Source: Eledone cirrhosa
Lineage: Eukaryota
NCBI GenBank assembly: GCA_964016885.1
Contig: OZ024742.1
Span: 10,664,001 to 10,728,000 of the forward strand
Direction of reading: 5' to 3'
Length of the DNA stretch: 64,000 nucleotides
Shown here: in pieces, positions 54,211 to 64,000 of the stretch
How the letters are laid out: every line of letters begins with the position of its first letter
Numbering within the stretch: the first letter of the stretch is position 1
Program-made: the position numbers and the translations under genes
Notes under the pieces: generated by a model
Databases searched by the model: none
The model's input: only the letters and a program-made list of their open reading frames with translations
Told to the model about the DNA's origin: nothing

Positions 54211-54459
54211 AACAATACATGTTTATGTATATATATATAACTACATGTTTATGTGTGTACATGTCTTAATATGTGTGTTTTCATTTGGTCTCTTGCCACA
54301 ACTTTCCTCTCGCCATTTACCATTAAAAGCTAAATGGCGCTGTAGAAAGAATTGGTCAGTCCTTCTACAGATTCTTTTCTATTAAGCTTCAATTTGGAAA
54401 CTAATCAAAAAACAAACAGAAACAAAACAAATGTTCTTGCCTTGACATTAAAAGTGCTG

Positions 54460-56000
54460 GGTTAGTGTTGGTGGTGGTGGTACTACTACTACTGAGTTAG
54501 TTGGGTTAGTGGTGGTGGTGGTGGTGGTGGTGGTGGTGGTGGTGGTGGTACTACTACTACTGAGTTAGTTGGGTTAGTGGTGGTGGTGGTGGTACTACTA
54601 CTACTACTGAGTTAGTTGGGTTAGTGGTGGTGGTGGTGGTACTACTACTACTGAGTTAGTTGGGTTAGTGGTGGTGGTGGTGGTGGTGGTGGTGGTGGTG
54701 GTGGTGCTACTACTACTGAGTTAGTTGGGTTAGTGGTGGTGGTGGTGGTGGTACTACTACTACTGAGTTAGTTGGGTTAGTGGTGGTGGTGGTGGTACTA
54801 CTACTACTACAGAGTTAGTTGGGTTAGTGGTGGTGGCGGTGGTGGTACTACTACTACTGAGTTAGTTGGGTTAGTGGTGGTGGTGGTGGTGGTGGTGGTG
54901 GTGGTGGTGCTACTACTACTGAGTTAGTTGGGTTAGTGGTGGTGGTGGTGGTGGTGGTGGTGGTGGTGGTGGTGGTGGTGGTGGTGGTGCTACTACTACT
55001 GAGTTAGTTGGGTTAGTGGTGGTGGTGGTGGTGGTGGTGGTGGTGGTGGTGGTGGTGGTGCTACTACTACTGAGTTAGTTGGGTTAGTGGTGGTGGTGGT
55101 GGTGGTGGTGGTGGTGGTGGTGGTGGTGGTGGTGGTGCTACTACTACTGAGTTAGTTGGGTTGGTGGTGGTGGTGGTGGTGGTGGTGGTGGTGGTACTAC
55201 TACTGAGTTAGTTGGGTTAGTGGTGGTGGTGGTGGTGGTGGTGGTGGTGGTGGTGGTGGTGGTGGTGGTGGTGGTACTACTACTGAGTTAGTTGGGTTAG
55301 TGGTGGTGGTGGTGGTGGTGGTGGTGCTACTACTACTGAGTTAGTTGGGTTAGTGGTGGTGGTGGTGGTGGTGGTGCTACTACTACTGCGTTAGTTGGGT
55401 TAGTGGTGGTGGTGGTGGTGGTGGTGGTGGTGGTGCTACTACTACTGAGTTAGTTGGGTTAGTGGTGGTGGTGGTGGTGGTGGTGCTACTACTACTGCGT
55501 TAGTTGGGTTAGTGGTGGTGGTGGTGGTGGTGGTGGTGGTGGTGCTACTACTGAGTTAGTTGGGTTAGTGGTGGTGGTGGTGGTGGTGGTGGTGGTGGTG
55601 GTGCTACTACTGAGTTAGTTGGGTTAGTGGTGGTGGTGGTGGTGGTGGTGGTGGTGGTGGTGGTGGTGGTGCTACTACTACTGAGTTAGTTGGGTTAGTG
55701 GTGGTGGTGGTGGTGGTGGTGGTGGTGGTGGTGGTGGTGGTGGTGGTGGTGGTGGTGGTGGTACTACTACTGAGTTAGTTGGGTTAGTGGTGGTGGTGGT
55801 GGTGGTGGTGGTGGTGGTGGTGGTGCTACTACTACTGAGTTAGTTGGGTTAGTGGTGGTGGTGGTGGTGGTGGTGGTGGTGGTGGTACTACTACTACTGA
55901 GTTAGTTGGGTTAGTGGTGGTGGTGGTGGTGGTGGTGGTGGTACTACTACTACTGAGTTAGTTGGGTTAGTGGTGGTGGTGGTGGTAGTGGTGCTACTAC
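54460..56000. repeat. Compound satellite [GAGTTAGTTGGGTTAGT-(GGT)n-(ACT)n], ~25 units
   Basis: A constant 17-nt core separated by variable-length GGT and ACT runs. Confidence 0.95.
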
Positions 56001-57019
56001 TAGTACTACTACTATTATTGTTGGGGTTAATGTTGGTGGTACTACTACTACTTCTACTACTATTACTGCTGCTACTACTATTATAGTAGGGGTTAGTGTT
56101 GGTACTACTACAACTACTATTATATATTCTTGTGGTTGTTGTTATTGTTGATGTGTGTATTATGATGGCTATGATGTTGATGTGTGTTGTCCGTATGTGT
56201 GTAGATATGAGCAGTGTGTAAGATTACTAGAAATAATACTACTACTATTACCACTACTACTACTACTACTACTACCACCACTACTGCTACTACCACCACT
56301 ACTACCACTACTACTACTACTACTACCACCATTACTACTACTACTACTACCATTACTACTGCTACTACCCCCACTACTACTACCAACAACAATGATAATA
56401 CTAAATCTCAGCTCAACTGCAAGAGATGATGGTAACCCAAGTCCATTGTAGAAAGTTGTGAATGGTAAATATTTGTAAGTCTAGCACTGGAAGCTGTAGT
56501 GTTGTAGTATAAGTTAACCAAAGTAATATCTTATGAGACAATAAAATCAGAAAACAACATCTTGCTAGTATTAACCAACCTGAAGCATCATTTCTGCAGA
56601 TAATAGCATTTTATTTTTATGTAATTATATTTTGTATATCACTTATATTACACTTACAAACACACTCAGACAGACACAGTCACTTACACACTCTAACACG
56701 TTAGATTTTTCCATAGATATAATATTAATATATGTTTCTATGTACATATATATCATCATCGTTTAACGTCCATCTTCCACGCTACTAATATATATATATA
56801 AAAGTCGATCGTTCCTTTTATATATATATATATATGTACACACACATACCCGTATGTAGCTGATGGACAAGAGAAAAGATGTACTCAATACCGAAGTAGA
56901 GTTTAAATATTCATTTTATTAAAGCTAAATATTGATCAGACCCTGTGAGGAGCAGGCAAAACTCCATAGTAACTAGACTCACTATTTACCATAATAAAAT
57001 TAATGTATATATATAAAAA

Positions 57020-57260
57020 TACAGAAGACCCGACTTCCCACGGTTACAAGCCAAAGCTGAAACATATAGACAATATGCCCCCACACCCTCCCACTGCAAA
57101 GTGGTCGTGGAGGATGCATGGCACAAAAGCACCCAGCCCTCAGTTCCCAAATGAGCAAGATAAGTTCAGCCGACTGGACACTGCCCACAACAGGACAACC
57201 CGTCTAACCCATGCTAGCATGGAAGAACGGACGTAAAACGGTGATGATGATGATGATGAT
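57020..57260 (+). mobile_element. RTE subfamily A 3'UTR fragment with an internal deletion
   Basis: Matches 4910-5250; (GAT)n then (TA)n. Confidence 0.88.
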
Positions 57261-57711
57261 ATATATATATATACTTAAGAAAATTAACAAAGAGAAAACA
57301 AGACAACGAACAAAAACAAAACGAAAAACAATTTATTAAGGGGAAACCTTATGGACTTTGGTAGTTCTAACCCCTACCAACAGTACTGCTGGTAACATTG
57401 GGTCCACAGGGTTTAATATGAGCCAAACGCTGTCTAGTGGAGTAACAGATGAGAGACAACGCATTAGTGTATAACTTTGATAGGAAGCAGCCAGCATTGG
57501 TCTAGGCCATGTCCAAACATAACAAAAGTTCTTACATAAAATTATTATGGAAGGTTTCTAGATAAATATAAACACTTTAAAATCTATAATTTTGTATCAG
57601 AAAACTGGGTGAAGTTTCAAGCAGTTTGGTATGAAAAGGCTTAAAAAGCCCAGCTGTAACATAGTAAAACAGTTGTGTGGCAGTGGTATAGCAATAGTAT
57701 TGCAGTTGAAT

Positions 57712-58015
57712 ACCAGTGGTATATCAGTAGTATAGCAGCATTATTTCAGTAGTACAGCAGTGGTATGTCAGTGGTACAGCATCACTATGTCAGTGGTAGG
57801 TATATCAGTAGTATATCAACAGTATATCAGTGGTATGTCAGTAGTATATCAGTGATATATCAGTGGTATATCAGTAGTACAGCAGCAGTATATCAGTAGT
57901 ACAGCAGCGGTATATCAGTCGTATGTCAGTGGTACAGCAGCAGTATATCAGTAGTATGTCAGTGGTACAGCAGCAGTATATCAGTGGTATAGCACCACTA
58001 CATCAGTGGTATTCC
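57712..58015. repeat. Degenerate short-period repeat (cagtggtatat / cagtagtacag)
   Basis: Read directly from the sequence. Confidence 0.8.
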
Positions 58016-58235
58016 AGTAACTGTGTCAATATAATAATTAAGTGTTACACTGAGCCAAGAGCTATGCAATATTTCACAGACCAATAAACAGCAAATCCTC
58101 TTGACAGCTAAAGGATCCCTAGGGATCTAGGGGAACTTTAAATATTACTTGCTAGACATTTTCATGAGAAATCTGAACACACACACACACATTGGGAAAG
58201 ATACACAGAAATATAAAGACTCAAAGATACACATA

Positions 58236-58280
<45 letters not shown>

Positions 58281-58474
58281 TTATTAAAATAACAGATTAA
58301 AGTTTAAGCAAAGAATCGCTGCTTTCACTCTAAACGGGACCCCTTATCGAGCCCTCTTTGGATTTTAGTCTTCAAATTTATTATTATTACTATTATTATT
58401 ACTATATATATATATACATATAAATATATCATATGCACATAAACATATGTATGTGCATGGACACATCCTCATCT

Positions 58475-58506
<32 letters not shown>

Positions 58507-58779
58507 TATGCATATAGATATGCATGAATTTATAGAAAAATGAGAAATCTTCACCGTCATCAGCTCTCTGACCAGCAAAATGTCCTTGTCCTCCTCGTCT
58601 CTCAATCTTTTCTATATTTCATCTGCCTGTCACCCACCTTATGGATTATCTTACTGGTCACTGGTCTCTGAGGTATTTTTACCTTTCATTGTCATTGACA
58701 GCATTTGACTGTTTTAATGGCTGTTCTAACATTGAGTTTCCTCATTTTTATATGAATTGAAACCCTAGTCTGAGCAGTG

Positions 58780-58975
58780 ATTCAGCTGTTCCCCACAGAC
58801 AAATTAGCAAAGGCAATGCCAGGGAGAATGGCCATTGAGATCCACTACAACAGCCAGCCCACCTCACTGGGCTGCTGTCTTTCTGATTTTGTGGAGGATA
58901 TTGGCAGTACATGGACCAAGGACACTGCCAGAGGTCTCTACTGTGACCAGTGTGAAAAGAAAGTGAATTATCACT
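58780..58975 (-). mobile_element. Second CRE/REL-like retrotransposon C-terminal remnant
   Basis: Minus strand reads HFLFTLVTVETSGSVLGPCTANILHKI, then after a frameshift EVGWLL*WISMAILPGIAFANLSVG. Parallels 7231-7404. Confidence 0.55.
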
Positions 58976-59232
58976 CCAAGGTATACAAGGAATTGAGTGT
59001 TCCTTCATCAGTTTTGCAAATGAGTGTTCCTGTTGTTTCATTAATGGTGCAACTTGTTCCTGAAATTAATGTATAACTCGTTAAACAGTTCCCCCTAACC
59101 CAATTTCACTCACAAATCCATGGGTCAACTCGAGGCTTGGGTATATGACACTTGCCCAAGATGACATACAGTGGGATTGAAGCCAGGGGCAGAATGATTG
59201 TGAAGCATACTCCTTAACCATACATACATACA

Positions 59233-59568
59233 TGAACGACCGAGCATGGATGTGTTGAGAGAGGAACTGCGTTTAAGAGGGATAAGTTGTAGTGTGCGGG
59301 AGAGAAGACTGCGATGGTATGGACATGTGATGCGCATGGAGGATGACCACTGGGTGAAGAAGTGCCAAAAAATGCCAGTAGAAGGAAGACGCAGTAGACA
59401 AAGACCACGAAAAACTTGGGCGGAGGTGGTGAGAACAGACCTCAGATCGCTGAAGCTCACGGTGGAGATGACAAAGGACTGTGACGGGTGGAGAGATGCT
59501 GTGCTGAATAGGACCCGTCCCACCCTTGCAAGCAGAGAAAAGCAGACGTAAAATGATCATGATGATGA
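59233..59568 (+). mobile_element. RTE subfamily C 3' fragment
   Basis: RERRLRWYGHVMRM...RPRKTWAEVV with a (GAT)n tail. Confidence 0.9.
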
Positions 59569-60472
59569 CATACATACATACATGGACATACATATATACA
59601 TGCACATGCATATATACATGGGCATTCATACATATATACATATAGTCGGTAGTTATACAGAAACATATATACACTCATACACCGACACACATACATAGAC
59701 ATTTCTCGGTAGACATTCTCTGTTCTAAGTCAACCTATTTTAGATATCTGACTTTGGAGTAAAATCAATATATTCTTCACAGTATATTGATTATTTTAAT
59801 AAGAGACTATTTTTTTTTATTTTTCAAATCACACTAAATCACTTATTTTATTATATTTATTTAATTTTAACTTCAATTTGTTACTCAAATTAACCTTGTG
59901 TGTGATTATTGTTTGTGATGCGGGGTTGTTTTTTTTTAAGTGCTTGTGATGTTGTTTTTATAATGGTTGTATATTAGTTCATTTTCTTCAGAATATAATT
60001 ATCATGTTTTCTTCTGGCTTTTAATTAAATTGATAAAGTTTAGTCACTGCAGACATTCCAGTGTGATATACAATACATGCATTGATGTAGCCTACTGATA
60101 TTAACTGATATCGACAGATGAGATGCTTTTTCTCATATTGAATATCCTAGATAAAAGACACAGACATCAACTGGATAAATGAAGTCAGTTGTTGTTGTTG
60201 TTATTTACTCCTCACTACCACCACCACCACCACTGCTACCCTCACCTGATCTTTTCTGACTAAACAGATTAATTATCAAAGGCATTCAAGCTGTAGCTAT
60301 CTTGTCTTTGGTCAGTGTTTGGTCTTTGAAAACTAGTTTATGATTTGAGGAACATCTCACTACCATTTCTAGTATAAGTTTAACTCCCTTGTTGATATCT
60401 GATAGCCTGTAACAACAGAACTAGTTTACACATTATCTCGATGTTGTCTGGATAGATAGTTTGTCTGGTATT

Positions 60473-60559
<87 letters not shown>

Positions 60560-62324
60560 CAATACCAGCTTATCCGAGTTTATATATATATATACACTCG
60601 GATAAGTGTGACAAGATGGATCACAATTATGATCCCTCTTGTATTCTGGAGATATGGTCAATGTTGGGCCTTGGGTAATACTTTTGTTCCATGTATGAAC
60701 ATAAATAAATAATATGTATATAAAGTGAGAAATACTCACACACATACTGAGATAAATTACTTCGAGGCACTATCTGCAGGAAAAACTATAGCTAACCTCT
60801 TCCATATTGTATTTCTAATGACAGACACTGTCAACAATTTTCAAATAATTTTGAAAATTATCAAGCATTTGAAGAGATTTAATAATCTAACTTTCTCATT
60901 ATTAGTATGGCATTTGGAGCATAAGTTAGCAAATATTCTTTCAGGAAATTATGATAGATTGTTTTTAGATAAGTATAAATACTTTAAAATAATCAGTTTT
61001 GTATGATAGAAGAGGGGCTATTTGCAAGAGGTTTGGAATCAAAAGGGTTAAACAGGTCGATACTATTGGTTATAGACCCAGGTCAACTCTAATCAAGCAG
61101 ATTTAGGATCAAAGGCAATCTAGCTCTGGCTATTTCTTCTTTGTAGGAATATGTAAGAATATATTGTCAGTACTCACAGGAAATTATGGCAGATGGTTTT
61201 TCAGATAAATATAAAGACTTTAAAATAACATAGTATCAGAGAAGCAGGGTGAGTTTTAGACAGTTTTGCTAGCAAAAGGGTTAAGTTAGTTTCACTGTAT
61301 TTACTATAGTGAGCATGAAAAATCTAATTATCTAGATATATATAGTTGTTTGTGATATTAACTTGGGACACACACCAGGTATTGACAAGTAGAAGTACAC
61401 AGCTAGATTTAATGGCAGGTAGATGGTGTTTGATCAATGTAACAGATGTATTGACAGGTAGAAGTACACAGCCAGGTATATATAGAAGCAGATAATGTTT
61501 GGTAGATCAATGTAACACAGGTATTGACAGGTAAATAATGTTAGATCAATGCAACATTTCTCAGCAAAAATACAATAAATTCTTTAGATGTTGATTAAAC
61601 TTTGTTGATCAGTATTCCAGTTGTTTGATCATCTGAGTTATTCTTTGAATTATGCTATATGTGGCTGAATATTCCACATATTTGTTGCCTTACCCCTACC
61701 AAACCACCTCAAACTCTCTCTGGTTCAACGATACAAAACTGTTTCCTTTCAAAGAGTTTATATTTATAAAAAAAAATCTGTTATCATAATTTTATGTAAG
61801 AATTTTTGTTATGTTACAAACACCAGCTTAAAAATAATAAAGTTAGTTATATTATTAAATCATTCCAAATTCTTGATTTTTTTTTCTCAGTTATTTGAAA
61901 ATGATTGGCAGTACCTTTCATTGTGTGTCATAGATACTCCTTTGTAGTTTATGGAGAGTATCTGTATAGTGAGTCTCTGCAATAGTTCTGGCTAAACAAA
62001 TTTTCCCAAAGTCTCCCACATGTATATATTAGTTGAACAGATACACACACTAGGTTGATTGGTCGGGTAAAAGGTAGCTAGCTAGATAGATAAACTGACA
62101 AAGAGATAGATACAGGCTGTGGATATATATATATGTGTACCCCGGGTTCAATCGGGGGGTAACCACAGTAAATAAAGTACTCAATACCTAGCAGAGTATA
62201 AATATTTAATATAAAAATGGCTTCTACAGGACTAGAACTGTTTCATTCAAAGGAAATCATCAGGAAAGCCCTTTCCTGATGATTTCCTTTTAATGAAACA
62301 GTTCAAGTCCAGTAGAAGCCATTT

Positions 62325-64000
62325 ATCATCATCATCGTTTAACGTCCATCTTCCACGCTTGCATGGGTTTGGATGGGAATTTTCCCACTTGAGGCAAGAG
62401 TGGTTGTCTTGTTCGCATAGGACTGTCTGGCGGGTTTTCTACGGCTGGATGCCCTTCCTAACACCAACCACATTTACAGTGTGGACTGGGAGGTTTTTAC
62501 TGTGTTACCTACACGGCCACATTATAGCGTGGACTGTGTGTTTTTTTGTCGTGACACCTACACGACCTCATTTGTTTCGGACTGGATATTGTGGTACCAA
62601 CATAACTTTACATTGAAAGGGGTGGTGTGGATGGGGTGGGGGTAGTGGGACGGGGTGTATTTTGTTAGAGGTGCCTACTGACTGTAGTAGGTTTCACTTT
62701 GTACTTAGGTAAGGCGGGTCTTCTGTATTACTGTGTAGCGCCAAAGATCTCAGTCCAGTGACATTGTCTTGGAGAGGTGTAAGTGTGTGACATCGGAATT
62801 TATCAAGTCGTCCCAGGTTTTTCTGGGTCTGCCTACTCCATGGCTACCGTCTATTTTTATTGCCCTGCACTTTTTTATAGAGCTGTCGTCTTTCATGCGC
62901 ATCACGTGACCATACCAGCGTAGTATTCTCTCAGGTAAACAACATCTGATCCCTCTTATTTCTAATTTTTCCCTTAGTTCGTTTATGCTTTGCCGTTCAC
63001 GTATATTACTATTACACATCCAGCGGAGCATGCCAGCTTCATTCCTCTCCAGTCTGCGTATATCCTCTGCACACAATGCCCAGGTCTCACTGCCATATAG
63101 CATTGCTGTTCGTATGCAGGCATCATACAGCCTGCCTTTCATTTTTAGAGAGAACCCTTTAGCGGCTAATAGTGGTATAAGCTCTCTGAACTTTTTCCAT
63201 CCAGTTCTGACTCTAGCTACTGTACTTTCAGAGCACCCTCCACCACTGCTGATTTTGTCACCCAAGTAACGGAAGGTGTCCACTATTCCTATAGAACCAT
63301 CTGTGCAATGGAATGAGCTAGTATTCAGTGGGCACTTGCTGCTACTTATTGCACCAGAGCACCGGCCACATATAAAATCTATGTTCTTAGTTAGCTTACC
63401 TGTGATCCCACTACCCATACTTTGCATTTGGGACATAATATGGAGTTTCTAACTACTCCTTTCCTACACACTGAGCATGGCCATTTCCCGGATGGGACCG
63501 GTGCCCTATTTTCCTTCCTACAAACTAGAACTTTAGTCTTAGACAGGTTAATTTTAAGGTCTTTTGATTCTAGGCCATGCTTCCATGTTTGGAATTTCTT
63601 CTCTAGTTCGGCCATTGATTCAGCTATGAGCGTTAGATCATCTGCGTATAGGAGTTCCCATGGGCAGCCGGTCTTGAACTCCACTGTTATAGCCTGAAGG
63701 GCAATAATAAATAGTAGGGGGCTAAGAACGGAGCCCTGATGAACACCAACTTTTACGCTAAACTCTTCACTATATTTGTTGTTAATTCTAATCTTGTTGA
63801 CTGTTTCTTTATACATGGCTTGTATAGCTCTCACAAGCCATTCATCAACACCTAGTTTTCTAAGAGCCCACCACATAATGGAGCAGGGGACTCTGTCAAA
63901 GGCTTTCTCCAAGTCAACAAAAGCTAAGTATAGGGGTTTACTTTTAGCTAGGTACTTCTCCTGTAGTTGTCGTACAATGAAAAGAGCGTCTGTGGGACTT
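62325..64000 (-). mobile_element. RTE LINE subfamily B (RT, PHD-like insert, 3'UTR), continuing beyond the window
   Basis: DLEKAFDRV, QGSVLSP, YADD, WPCSVC, YLGDKI and GRPRKTW. Frameshift within the PHD near 63410; (CAT)n tail at 62325. Confidence 0.95.

Larger units (their letters stand above)
51520..54280. repeat. TA-rich 28-30-bp minisatellite interrupted by two insertions
   Basis: tatatgtatacatgtgtaatatgt.. and tacatgtcttaat.. units resume after each insertion. Confidence 0.85.

Noticed and set aside
54460-56000. CRISPR-like repeat/spacer appearance (also the 43- and 61-bp arrays)
   Set aside because: Spacers are simple GGT/ACT runs or absent, no cas genes are present, and the context is eukaryotic.
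57340-57473. Short unique open frame ending ...DERQRISV*
   Set aside because: Weak splice acceptor, no recognisable homology, and equally plausible frames on the other strand.
58777-59076. 99-aa plus-strand ORF with CxxC as a host exon
   Set aside because: Better explained as the antisense of a degenerate CRE/REL-like remnant.

Overview
AT-rich, repeat-saturated animal DNA. The repeat families and (TA)n/(GAT)n load point to a coleoid cephalopod such as Octopus; this is inference, not a database result. No complete host gene is visible and nearly all ORF-track entries are microsatellite artefacts or transposon fragments. Contents: (1) satellites with 80-bp, 61-bp and 43-bp units plus a compound telomere-like/(GGT)n array; (2) many RTE-clade LINE copies, three of them long, whose RT carries a C4HC3 PHD-like finger; (3) a CR1 3' end and two CRE/REL-endonuclease-like remnants; (4) a Penelope-like element (GIY-YIG) with inverted pseudo-LTRs; (5) two maT (DD37D) transposons, a mariner remnant, Helitron fragments and tRNA-derived SINEs. 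The most striking hidden signal is nine hand-folded type I hammerhead ribozyme motifs in at least five families. They include a ~545-bp non-coding, tandem-plus-inverted retrozyme-like element (18.76-20.03 kb) and a three-copy family with a long, structurally conserved stem II. Also notable are a 61-bp satellite born inside a CR1 copy whose unamplified form lies in the same window, and a textbook AG|GTAAGT recursive-splice-site candidate at 28547/28548.
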